Part shown: one piece after another, positions 9,527 through 19,006 of the stretch
Layout of the letters: every line of letters starts with the position of its first letter
Position numbering within the stretch: position 1 is the first letter of the stretch
From: Treponema sp.
GTDB lineage: Bacteria > Spirochaetota > Spirochaetia > Treponematales > Breznakiellaceae
Assembly: GCA_031273325.1 (NCBI GenBank)
Contig: JAISSB010000028.1
Span: 1-59,841 of the forward strand
DNA: 59,841 nt
Reading direction: 5' to 3'
Position numbers and translations under genes: made by a program
The notes under the pieces: generated by a model
Told to the model about the DNA's origin: nothing
Seen by the model: the letters and a program-made list of their open reading frames with translations, nothing else
Databases searched by the model: none

Positions 9527-10555
9527 ATGGAACAGAACACCTTTAAATGGCACGAACTTGAAGATGGGACGCTCATGATCACCAAATACACGGGACAATC
9601 AAAAGAAGTAGACATTCCTGCCGTCATTGGCTCTGCCAGTGTTACTAGTATTGGAGAAAAGGCGTTTAGCGAAAACAAGCTGACGATGGTGACCATTCCT
9701 GACGGGATCACTGAGATTGGAGACTGGGCCTTTGCTCTTAATCAACTGACGGCAGTAACGATCCCTGACAGTGTTACGTGCATTGGAAGATCAGCGTTTG
9801 CTCTTAATAAGCTGAAGACGGTAACAATCCCTGAGAGTGTCTCTTGTATTGGAGACTGGGCATTTGCTCTTAATAAGCTGAACACGGTGACCATTCCCAA
9901 CCGCATTACTGCTCTTGGAGAGGGGGTGTTTTCTGCTAATAAGCTGACCGCGGTAATAATTCCTGACAGCGTTACTACGATTGGAGACGAGGCGTTTAGA
10001 GCTAATCAATTGACCGCGGTAACAATCCCTGACCGGATTACTAACATTGGAGATTGGGCGTTTGCTGAGAATAAGCTGGCGGTGATAACCATTCCCGACC
10101 GCGTTACTGCTCTTGGAGACGGGGCGTTTGAATGGAATCAACTAACCGCACTGACAATCTCCCAGAGCGTTACTACGATTGGAGAAGAAGTATTTCGGGA
10201 TAATAAGCTGACGACAGTAAGCATTCCTGACAGGGTTACTTTGATTGGAAAAGAGGCCTTTGCTCTTAATCAACTGACGACAGTAACAATCCCTGACAGC
10301 GTGACTGAAATTGGAGACTGGGCCTTTGCTGACAACAACCTGACCACAATAACCATCCCTGACAACGTTACTAAAATTGGAAAAGAAGCTTTTAGAAATA
10401 ATAGATTAATTGCTGTAGTAATTCCTGACCGCGTTACGTGCATTGGGGAACGGGCATTTGCTGATAATCAACTGACCGCGCTAAGCATTCCTGAAGGGAT
10501 CACTGAGATTGGAGACGAGGCGTTTTACCCATTCCAAACAAATACAACCAAGTAA
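9527..10555 (+). CDS. BspA-type leucine-rich repeat (LRR_5) protein
   Basis: ~13 copies of 22-aa NxLTxVTIPDxVTxIGxxAF; ATG 9527 is 7 nt after TATACT; the ORF extension to 9398 is repeat-derived. Confidence 0.92.
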   Translation: MEQNTFKWHELEDGTLMITKYTGQSKEVDIPAVIGSASVTSIGEKAFSENKLTMVTIPDGITEIGDWAFALNQLTAVTIPDSVTCIGRSAFALNKLKTVTIPESVSCIGDWAFALNKLNTVTIPNRITALGEGVFSANKLTAVIIPDSVTTIGDEAFRANQLTAVTIPDRITNIGDWAFAENKLAVITIPDRVTALGDGAFEWNQLTALTISQSVTTIGEEVFRDNKLTTVSIPDRVTLIGKEAFALNQLTTVTIPDSVTEIGDWAFADNNLTTITIPDNVTKIGKEAFRNNRLIAVVIPDRVTCIGERAFADNQLTALSIPEGITEIGDEAFYPFQTNTTK

Positions 10556-10658
10556 AAGAAAAAACTCCATTCCTCTGTTCTTTCTCTTAACTGTAGAGCA
10601 GGGGAGAACCCTATACATTAGCTTTGGACATTTTTAATATATGTTTTGAATAATTTAA

Positions 10659-10792
10659 AAGACTCTCATAACGCGGTATACAAGTCACATATCGCGGTAT
10701 GCAAGTCACATATCGCGGTATAAAACTCTCATATTGTAATGGGAGAGTCTTATAGTGTAATGGGAGAGTCTTATATTGCACTATAAAATCTT
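10659..10792. repeat. 21-bp tandem repeat, ~6 drifting units
   Basis: ACAAGTCACATATCGCGGTAT grading to GAGAGTCTTATATTGCACTAT at constant 21-bp period. Confidence 0.8.
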
Positions 10793-10930
10793 CAGACTAG
10801 TGTTAAGTATATGGGAAAAGGGGCGTTTTAGCTATTCAAAAGAAGTAAAGTCCGTAGCTTTCTTCTGTGGGGACAGACCTCCATACTGCTTATATGGAAC
10901 AGAGCAATTGAGATATTCGAGGATTTTACG

Positions 10931-11731
10931 TTAATCAATATGGTAAATATGCTCTTTTTCTGCAACAAAATGTTCCGCGCTCAATATCTTAAGCGCCTCT
11001 TCTATGCGGGATTGATCCATGCCGGTCCGAATTTTTAACTCATCGAGCGTTGCAGGACCGCCTGAAACCAACGCTTTGATCACAGCCCCGCGGACTTGCC
11101 GAAATGAACCGTGAAAAGAACTTTGACGGGTATACTGTTTACTCTGCCGGTTAGGGTTTGTCATCTGTTTTTTGAGCAGAACACCGTAATCCATCAATGA
11201 CCAATACCAATGCCGCGGGTTGTCCCGATCAAGACTTGCTTCAAGAATCGGACAAAGCTCCGTGTCAGACACGGCATCACGGTTACTAAAAAAAGTATGC
11301 AAAAGTGCAGCGCGGATATTGGTTTCAATAATAAGGGCAGGATAATTATAGGCAAACACGGTAACTGCTCCTGCAGTGTACGAACCAACACCCGGTAAAA
11401 GCTGCAATTGTTCCAAACAAGACGGGACGACGCCTTGATAATCATTGGTAATAATCGAGGCGCACTCCTTGAGGTATTTGCACCTCCGATTGTATCCAAG
11501 TCCGCTCCATTCCCGTAATGCTTCTTCAAAAGAAGCTTGTGCAAGCGATTCAGGGGTCGGCCATAATGAAATCCATCGATTAAAATAGGGGATTACCCGT
11601 TCTGTTTGAGTTTGTTGCAACATGAATTCGGATATAAGCACGTGCCACGGGTCGGTATTCATACGCCACGGAAATGAACGCAAAGGAGTTGCGTACACTG
11701 TGTCACGAAACGTTTGTATAGCATCATTCAT
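10931..11731 (-). CDS. mutY: A/G-specific adenine glycosylase (short MutY, HhH-GPD)
   Basis: PWR..DPWHVLISEFMLQQTQ, WSGLGYNRR, LPGVGSYTA. Confidence 0.85.
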   Translation of the reverse strand: MNDAIQTFRDTVYATPLRSFPWRMNTDPWHVLISEFMLQQTQTERVIPYFNRWISLWPTPESLAQASFEEALREWSGLGYNRRCKYLKECASIITNDYQGVVPSCLEQLQLLPGVGSYTAGAVTVFAYNYPALIIETNIRAALLHTFFSNRDAVSDTELCPILEASLDRDNPRHWYWSLMDYGVLLKKQMTNPNRQSKQYTRQSSFHGSFRQVRGAVIKALVSGGPATLDELKIRTGMDQSRIEEALKILSAEHFVAEKEHIYHID

Positions 11732-12240
11732 GGTAAATGTTTGATAATATATTGAACAATTGCCGGAGGCTTCATAGTATCGGTGTCAACGACAAGAGCA
11801 AAACTATAGTCGTCATTGTCAATGCCGTAAATACGTTTATACCGCTCCCGGTCCTGACGGTCCCGTTCCATAGTGAAAGACATAACGTGAGTACTGTCGC
11901 CGCCTTCACGTTCAACAATACGGTGTACCCGCGTGAGAGCCGACGCACATAAATATACTTTTAAATCGGCTTCGGGAAGCAACCAAATTGCCAACCGTGA
12001 ACCAAGCACACAGCCGTTTCGAACAGCTCGTGCAAGGCTCACTTGCCGTTCATCTAAATTTTTATCCCAGGAATCGTCCTGTTGCGCTTTTTCCAAAAGG
12101 TCCGACAGGTCCAACCCTAACTCTTGTGCGAGATTCCTAAACGTGAAATTAATGCATGGAATGTCTAACTCCTTGGCAAGGAGCTGACTCACCGTCGTAT
12201 TTCCACAACCGCTTTTTCCTGAAATAGCAATCTTTTTCAT
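11728..12240 (-). CDS. cmk: Cytidylate kinase (archaeal/spirochaete type)
   Basis: IAISGKSGCGNTT, VLGSRLAIW, ERYKRIYGID. Confidence 0.8.
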   Translation of the reverse strand: MKKIAISGKSGCGNTTVSQLLAKELDIPCINFTFRNLAQELGLDLSDLLEKAQQDDSWDKNLDERQVSLARAVRNGCVLGSRLAIWLLPEADLKVYLCASALTRVHRIVEREGGDSTHVMSFTMERDRQDRERYKRIYGIDNDDYSFALVVDTDTMKPPAIVQYIIKHLP

Positions 12241-12310
12241 ACTAGTTCCTTAGCAAACTCCTATTAAGGAGCGCTTTTTTAATGACATTGTATAGCTTTT
12301 TTACGAGTAT

Positions 12311-13219
12311 TTATAATTCCGAAAGACCGTATCCTTCATGAGGATTAATGTCGTCTTTCGGCTCTACATGTACTACAATATCATAAATATTTTTTATTTT
12401 CAATTTAATGGCTTGTTCAACGTCAGAAGCAATACTGTGGGCATCTTGTACGGTCAAAAAAGGATCAACTTCAATATCAATATCAATGTCCCAATACCCG
12501 CCGACATTTCTTATCCGCGTACGGTGCGGGTGAACAGCACCGTGTACCGAAGCAACAGCTTCAAAAACAACCGTATATAATTCCGGATTTGAGTTGCCGT
12601 CCATTAATTCTACAGTTATTTCCAAAAAAATACTTACCGCAGATTTAATTATCCAGGCACCGATTAGTATAGCAATAATGGGATCAACAATACCCGTTTT
12701 AAACATAATAGAACAACCAATGCCGATAAGTACTCCTCCCGAAATAAGTACATCGCCAGCCGTGTTTTTCGCATGAGCTTTAAGAATAGGAGATTCTGTA
12801 TTACGGGCTGCTCCATACTGTATTAACGCTAATATTAATTTCCCGATTATAGAAATACACGCAATAATAACAGTGCTATTCGAGGGAATTTCCATGTCGC
12901 TCACAGTAACAATAGCATATACAGAATTTACTATAAGTTCTGTGCCTACAAAAAAAATAGTGAAAGACAAAAAGGCTGTACCGACTGTTTCCGCTCTTCC
13001 ATGTCCCCACGGGTGAGTTTTATCTGCCGGACGCACCATAATTTTCACAATAATCAAGGTAATCCCGGCTATTAAAACGTCTGATAAAGAATCGATTCCA
13101 TCGCCAAGCAGTGCATTACTGTGTCCGATTATGCCGGTAATAATTTTAATACATGCTAGAAAAACATTAACGCACAGAGAAATACTAGCAATGAGTTTAA
13201 TAATTTGGGATTTTATCAT
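12311..13219 (-). CDS. Cation diffusion facilitator (FieF-like) transporter
   Basis: DGIDSLSD, HPWGHGRAE, C-terminal VHVEP. Confidence 0.92.
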   Translation of the reverse strand: MIKSQIIKLIASISLCVNVFLACIKIITGIIGHSNALLGDGIDSLSDVLIAGITLIIVKIMVRPADKTHPWGHGRAETVGTAFLSFTIFFVGTELIVNSVYAIVTVSDMEIPSNSTVIIACISIIGKLILALIQYGAARNTESPILKAHAKNTAGDVLISGGVLIGIGCSIMFKTGIVDPIIAILIGAWIIKSAVSIFLEITVELMDGNSNPELYTVVFEAVASVHGAVHPHRTRIRNVGGYWDIDIDIEVDPFLTVQDAHSIASDVEQAIKLKIKNIYDIVVHVEPKDDINPHEGYGLSEL

Positions 13220-13269
13220 TTCTATTCGATTGTAGTATTGTGTTAAACGCGAGTCAAGTTTTGTTTAAC

Positions 13270-13333
13270 GGGGACAGACCTCAAAAAGATAAGGGGACAG
13301 ACCTCTGAACAAGAAACGGGGACAGACCTCTGA
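13270..13333 (+). repeat. Three direct GGGGACAGACCTC copies upstream of the Y1 nuclease gene
   Basis: Copies near 13270, 13293 and 13318. Confidence 0.9.
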
Positions 13334-13378
13334 ATAAAAACTTTGAATCAGAATAGCTATACACCCCGTTAACTTTGT

Positions 13379-13891
13379 ATGGCAAGAAAAAAAAGAGGGA
13401 ACACCTTTTACGGTTATACCTATCATGTCACCTTTGAAATAAACCGATGGTTAATGGAACTCAAAGATCCCGTTATTAAAGCTCTTTTTATACAGATTAT
13501 CGCTGAAGCACACCGAAAATATGGCTTTAAACTGTGGAATTTCTGTATTATGGACAATCATATTCATTTCCTCATAACACCGGACAAAGGCGTTAGTCTT
13601 TCTGTAATTATGAAATGGATAAAGATGGTCTTTGCTATTCGGTGGAATAAGATGCACGGAGTGAAAGGACATTTGTGGGGAGATAGATTTCACGCACGGA
13701 TGATTGAAAGGAGAGAGGATTTCCTCAGAGTATTCAGATACATCAACCAGAATCCGGTAAAAGCCGGGTTAGTGAAACAGGCAAAAGAATGGGTATTTGG
13801 CGGTTTATATCATTATCTTCACAATATTGTTCATATTGTGACAACGTTCTCAGACTTGCTTGCTAAGGTCTTCACCGCAGACTTCGGCTAA
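13379..13891 (+). mobile_element. REP-associated tyrosine transposase-like HUH Y1 nuclease (copy 1)
   Basis: YHVT, MDNHIH (HUH), LWGDRF, YINQNPVKAGLV (catalytic Tyr); stop codon immediately followed by GGGGACAGACCTCT. Confidence 0.9.
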
Positions 13892-14012
13892 GGGGACAGA
13901 CCTCTCACTAACCGCTCAAAAGCTAAAAATTTACCCTCAAATCTCATAAAATATCAAAAGCCTTACCAAAGCGCAGAAAATGGTTATTTTTTTAAAGGAG
14001 GGTTAAACCATT

Positions 14013-14390
14013 ATGGAAAACACAGTAGCAGCGAGATTGGTTAAATTGCGTAAAATTCTTGGTCTCAATCAAGGTCAGTTTGCTTCTAAAATCAATATGA
14101 AACAGCAAGCCCTGTCAAATGTTGAACATATGCGGAGCAACTTATTATCTACAACGGTGCGGCTTATTTGCATTACGTTTGATATCAATGAACAGTGGCT
14201 TTTAGAAGGAATCGGCGACATTTTTGTCAATAAACGGTCGGCAGAAGAGCGGGAATTTCTCAATATATATAATGCTATGCAACCAACAGACAAAAAAGAA
14301 CTCCTTAATTATGGCGAGTATCTTTTACAAAAAAGAGCATTACACAATAAGTCAAAACTAAACAGCGAATCAGAGGACGACTCCATTTAA
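14013..14390 (+). CDS. XRE-family helix-turn-helix regulator
   Basis: RLVKLRKILGLNQGQFA..QQALSNVE..INEQWLLEGIG; AGGAGG RBS; bracketed by inverted motif copies at 13892 and ~14401. Confidence 0.85.
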   Translation: MENTVAARLVKLRKILGLNQGQFASKINMKQQALSNVEHMRSNLLSTTVRLICITFDINEQWLLEGIGDIFVNKRSAEEREFLNIYNAMQPTDKKELLNYGEYLLQKRALHNKSKLNSESEDDSI

Positions 14391-14415
14391 AAAAGAATGA
14401 GGTCTGTCCCCATAC

Positions 14416-17079
14416 TCAATAACTCCACTTGAATCCAAAAGAGATCATAGGAATAGGAAGACTGTAGCTTGCAACATCGCTGCCAGGCTCTTCAACGCCG
14501 GTGTAATTGTTGAAGGTAGTATTATTCGTGCGGCGGGTTTTGAGAAAGGCGAAAACGTTTTCGATTGCAAGGTACATTTCCGATTGAGTCTTTCCGGCTT
14601 TATTGAAATTGAACCACGAGAATTTTAAATCTACCGGGATGGTAAAGCCGTCCCGCGCCTGTTCAAATTCTCTGTCAAGTTGATAGTACCGCTGAACAAG
14701 AGAATATCTACCATTGCCGTCTTTGTTTTTGACATACATCTGCTTTTCAGAATCGTAATCATAATTGCCGGTTTTATCAGGGTTTTCAGCAAAAACCGGA
14801 AAACTCGCAATTGTACCACCGGAAGAATAATTTCTTAAAGCTCCGGAAGCATAACTTAATCGGGCAGCAATACTGAACTTGTTTGTCGGTTTATAGTTAA
14901 GCACGACATTTAAATTGTGAAACCGGTGAAAGGACGGATAATACCAATCCTGATAATACCCTTCACTGTCAATGCTTAAAGGATCACGGTATCGGGCAAC
15001 ATTGAATGAATACGATATCCACCCGTCTATAAAGCGTGAAGCTTTTTTTTGGAGCATAAAATCAAAGCCGAACATGTGTGCCTGTCCGTCAAAAAAATAA
15101 TTGATAATCCCTGTCGTGTCAGTTCTTTCATCGGAAGTCCACGTATACTGTCTCGTTGTATAGCTCCGATCAAAACCGTATTTATAGTATGCTTCAATGT
15201 TAAACGTATACTGTGCTAAAAAATCAACTTTTGCTCCGATAATATTCGTAAATGTCCGCGCCGGTTTAAGATCAAAATCATGCAATCCGCTGTCTTTATC
15301 AATAAAGCTCATATCGTTATGACTCAACGAAGAAAAAAGTCCCGTTCCGGCCGTTAAGTCCACTGAATCAACGATTCCCCGGTTTTTGAATAGGTTATAA
15401 TCGACGTTCAACCGCGGGTTCAACACCGGCACTGTGTTAATACTAAAACCGTCTCCGGTATACAAAAGATGATCAACCCTTAAGCCGAGTTCAGCCCCCA
15501 GCTTGAGATCCGGATTGTTCCATTCCATTACGCTGTACAAAGATGAGAACAAAGCTTCATTGTGTGTATATGTTTTCCACTGCGTCGGCACCGAAGCAAC
15601 AGCAATATAGGGATAGCCGGGAATAACTTCACTGAAGACAGGCCGATACACGCTTGGCCATGTTATTTGATCCACTGTTGAACTCCAACGGTTGTATAAC
15701 AGTTGTGCGCCGGAAGCAAAGAGAAAGCCTTTTCCAATATCCCAATCAAAATCACCGCGGAACTGCGTATTAAACGTACTGTTTTTTAAACTAAAATCCG
15801 TTTGATTTGCATAACGGTAGTCTTCACCTGCTTTAATACCTAACAGTTCTCCCCAGTTATATTCACTTTTCGTACCATCTTCTAAATTAGGGTACTCGTC
15901 AACAAATCCTTTTTGATACTGTTGGCTGACCCAGTTTTGAACGTTTCCGATTGCCGCTTGGTTGTGAAAGCCGACACCGGCTCTCCCCCGTACAATCATC
16001 GTGGGGCGCGGCGTGTATGCGGCACCTGTCGTGACAAAGCCGATCATATTGTCCCAGGTGAACTTCATACGGCTGTTCGGATTTTGATAATCAGTGCCAA
16101 CACCGTCGCCGCCAAAGTAGCCATTCGCAGTTAATTCCAGATCGTCAGTGAAACGGTAATTACCCGAAAAAGCTGTATTCCGTATGTAGGGTGCAACGCT
16201 CACCGCATTGACATAATCGATCTCTTCAACAACGGAGCGTAAAGCAGGTGCAAGTAACTGGACAAGCCATACAAACGGATCCCAATAGGTTAGTTTCCCC
16301 ATAACGGTGATCCCACCTTTACCATTGAGGGGAAATGACATCCTTAAATTTGTTGCACTTGAAGAGATTCCGACCTCTAATTCTGTTGCAAGCGAGGAAG
16401 GTTTCCGCGAGGTAACTTCCAATAAACCGGCCGTCGTATGTCCATATCGTGCAGAAAAAACGCCGTGGGAAAGTTTTGCGCTTTCAACCATACGGGGATC
16501 GAAAATGGACATACTTCCGCCCCAGTGATAGGGATTCTCAATATAAAAGCCGTCCATAACTGCCATAAGATCGCCCGGTTCTCCGCCGCGGATCGACGGT
16601 TGTGCATTGAACATGCCGGAATAGCCAACACCGGGTAACAGTTTAATCGATGTCATAATGTCTTCCACGATGCCGATCTCTGCGGTTCGGCGTAAAGCTT
16701 CTCCCGCAATCGATACACTTCTCCCGGTATGGGTCTCGTTCCCGCCGTCAGGACGCGCCACTTCAAGAACTAACTCTGCATTTTCCAGCATACCTCCCAA
16801 GGTTAACTGCACGGTAACCGCATCATTGTCGGGAGGTATAACCTGCCGCACGCTTTCATAACCGGGATAAGTAACCTGAATAACGGCAGACTGATTATCA
16901 GGAACTGCTACTGTTACCTGCCCGTCAGAATCGCACGCATACTGTTGCCCATTGTAATACACCGCTGCCCCTTCCAAAGGTATAGCTAAATCGGCATCAA
17001 AAACCGTGATTACAACCTCTTGGGCATGTATGAGGACACTCACAAAAATAAGGATAGTACCCAGTATTTTTCTACACAT
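14416..17079 (-). CDS. TonB-dependent outer membrane receptor
   Basis: Signal peptide, N-terminal beta-sandwich, plug (LLPGVG..PSIRGG..DGFYIENPYH..SIFDP), C-terminal FGFKWSY. Confidence 0.85.
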   Translation of the reverse strand: MCRKILGTILIFVSVLIHAQEVVITVFDADLAIPLEGAAVYYNGQQYACDSDGQVTVAVPDNQSAVIQVTYPGYESVRQVIPPDNDAVTVQLTLGGMLENAELVLEVARPDGGNETHTGRSVSIAGEALRRTAEIGIVEDIMTSIKLLPGVGYSGMFNAQPSIRGGEPGDLMAVMDGFYIENPYHWGGSMSIFDPRMVESAKLSHGVFSARYGHTTAGLLEVTSRKPSSLATELEVGISSSATNLRMSFPLNGKGGITVMGKLTYWDPFVWLVQLLAPALRSVVEEIDYVNAVSVAPYIRNTAFSGNYRFTDDLELTANGYFGGDGVGTDYQNPNSRMKFTWDNMIGFVTTGAAYTPRPTMIVRGRAGVGFHNQAAIGNVQNWVSQQYQKGFVDEYPNLEDGTKSEYNWGELLGIKAGEDYRYANQTDFSLKNSTFNTQFRGDFDWDIGKGFLFASGAQLLYNRWSSTVDQITWPSVYRPVFSEVIPGYPYIAVASVPTQWKTYTHNEALFSSLYSVMEWNNPDLKLGAELGLRVDHLLYTGDGFSINTVPVLNPRLNVDYNLFKNRGIVDSVDLTAGTGLFSSLSHNDMSFIDKDSGLHDFDLKPARTFTNIIGAKVDFLAQYTFNIEAYYKYGFDRSYTTRQYTWTSDERTDTTGIINYFFDGQAHMFGFDFMLQKKASRFIDGWISYSFNVARYRDPLSIDSEGYYQDWYYPSFHRFHNLNVVLNYKPTNKFSIAARLSYASGALRNYSSGGTIASFPVFAENPDKTGNYDYDSEKQMYVKNKDGNGRYSLVQRYYQLDREFEQARDGFTIPVDLKFSWFNFNKAGKTQSEMYLAIENVFAFLKTRRTNNTTFNNYTGVEEPGSDVASYSLPIPMISFGFKWSY

Positions 17080-17120
17080 GATTACTAAAAGTATACACCT
17101 CTTGTGCTATTTTAAGCTAA

Positions 17121-17317
17121 GGGGGACAGACCTCTAAATCAGAGACAGATTCCCAACGGGGACAGACCTCTGAATCAGGACAGATTCCACTAATAGAGAC
17201 AGCCGTCCGAATCAAACAAGGACGATCGTTCGAATCAAACAAGGACGATCGTCCGAATCAAACAGCGATAATCGTCCGAATCAAACAAGGGACAGATTCC
17301 TCAATGGGGACAGACTC
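17121..17317 (+). repeat. GGGGACAGAC cluster enclosing four 23-bp tandem units
   Basis: CGTCCGAATCAAACAAGGACGAT x4 (~17204-17290) between motif copies. Confidence 0.8.
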
Positions 17318-17361
17318 GCAAGCTTAACAGTTATCTATTCTTTTGATATATTAAAAGCCTT

Positions 17362-18753
17362 ATGTCACAAGAAGTATGTATTGATAAAGATTATATAGAC
17401 TCTCTTCTTCAAGAAGCTCGCTCGACGCCTCAATCGAATATAGATGCAGCGCTTGATAAAGCAGAACGTTTTGAAGGATTGAATCATCAGGAAATTGCTG
17501 CACTGTTAGTAACAGAAAATCCTGACCACTTGAAGCGGATTTTTTCCATAGCATTTAATATTAAAAAACATATTTACGGGAACCGTATTGTACTTTTTGC
17601 TCCGTTATATCTCAGCGATTACTGTGTTAATCGGTGTACCTACTGTGCGTTTAATACGAGCCGCGACTATCCGCGTCATAGCTTAACGCAAGAACAAGTC
17701 CGTGAAGAAGTGCGTATTCTCGAAGCTATGGGCCATAAACGGCTTGCCCTTGAAGCAGGAGAAGACAATACTCAATGCCCCATTGAGTATGTCGTTGAAT
17801 GTATTCATACCGTGTATGACCTCAAGTTTGAAAACGGTTCGATCCGGCGCGTTAATGTTAATATTGCTGCGACAACCGTTGAACATTATCGGAAACTTTT
17901 TGAAGCGGGGATTGGAACCTATATTCTTTTTCAGGAAACATATCACCAACCAACCTATGAAGCAGTACATATTGCCGGACCAAAGCGTGATTTTGCATAC
18001 CATTTGACTGCTTTTGACCGCGCCCACGAAGCAGGTATTGACGATGTCGGCGGCGGTGTTTTATTCGGGCTTGCCGATCCTTTGTTTGAAGTACTCGGCT
18101 TGATGATTCATAATGAACACCTTGAAGAACGTTTCGGCGTTGGTTTTCATACGATTTCCGTTCCACGGCTTGTTTCTTCAAAAGGAGTCGATCTTGGACA
18201 GTTTCCCCATCTTGTAGACGATGCAACATTTGAGAAAATTGTTGCAATTATCCGTATCGCCGTTCCTTTTACCGGTATGATACTTTCAACCCGTGAAAAC
18301 CATGCAATGCGTAAACAATTACTCCAACTCGGTATCTCGCAAATCAGCGCAGGTTCAACAACCGATGTCGGCGGTTACGCAAAAAGAGTACAGAATGAAA
18401 CATTAAATCCTCAATTTTATGTCAATGATGGACGGAACGCGTTAGAAACTATTAGAGAATTGATGGACGACGGTTATATTCCCAGTTTTTGTACCGCGTG
18501 CTACCGTTCAGGACGTACGGGAGACCGTTTTATGTCCCTTGCAAAATCCGGAAAGATTAGAAATGTTTGTTTACCGAACGCTTTAATGACCTTAGCTGAA
18601 TACGCTGAAGATTACGGTGATTCTGCCTTTAAACAAAAAGCAGCTGCTGCCATTGAACGGGAAATCTCCGATATTGCTCACGAAAGAATACAAAATATTA
18701 CTGTTCAAAATATCGAAAAGATCCGGCACGGTGCGCGTGATTTTTATATTTAA
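17362..18753 (+). CDS. hydG: [FeFe]-hydrogenase H-cluster radical SAM maturase
   Basis: FAPLYLSDYCVNRCTYC, FQETYH, C-terminal PSFCTACYR..C..NA auxiliary cluster motif. Confidence 0.92.
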   Translation: MSQEVCIDKDYIDSLLQEARSTPQSNIDAALDKAERFEGLNHQEIAALLVTENPDHLKRIFSIAFNIKKHIYGNRIVLFAPLYLSDYCVNRCTYCAFNTSRDYPRHSLTQEQVREEVRILEAMGHKRLALEAGEDNTQCPIEYVVECIHTVYDLKFENGSIRRVNVNIAATTVEHYRKLFEAGIGTYILFQETYHQPTYEAVHIAGPKRDFAYHLTAFDRAHEAGIDDVGGGVLFGLADPLFEVLGLMIHNEHLEERFGVGFHTISVPRLVSSKGVDLGQFPHLVDDATFEKIVAIIRIAVPFTGMILSTRENHAMRKQLLQLGISQISAGSTTDVGGYAKRVQNETLNPQFYVNDGRNALETIRELMDDGYIPSFCTACYRSGRTGDRFMSLAKSGKIRNVCLPNALMTLAEYAEDYGDSAFKQKAAAAIEREISDIAHERIQNITVQNIEKIRHGARDFYI

Positions 18754-18914
18754 AAGTGCAATCATCCGGAAAGCTTCTGAATATACGAACATGCATGCTT
18801 TGTGAGAGAAAAGCGCATTTCTCTTGAATATATAGCAAAGAAAACCGTATAATCATTATAGATACAGAAGCGGGAAGCACGTAAACAGCATGTCAATCAG
18901 AGCAGACCGGCTGC

Positions 18915-18995
18915 CTTCAACCAGCCCCTGCGAGAAGCACGTTCCAGCCGGTGTAGGACTGCAATCCTTCGGGCTTGTCCGAGGAAGTTGAAAAT
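18915..18995 (+). other. attC-like imperfect hairpin element (copy 1)
   Basis: TTCAAC...GTTGAAA ends; GTTCCAGCCGGTGTAG and GGCTTGTCC blocks shared with 31037-31119. Confidence 0.5.
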
Positions 18996-19006
18996 AGGGA
19001 CTGTCT

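Noticed and set aside
9660-10530. 66-bp nucleotide periodicity
   Set aside because: Fully explained by the 22-aa BspA leucine-rich repeats.
17362-18753. thiH call for the radical SAM gene
   Set aside because: Length and the C-terminal CTACYR..C auxiliary-cluster motif indicate HydG.
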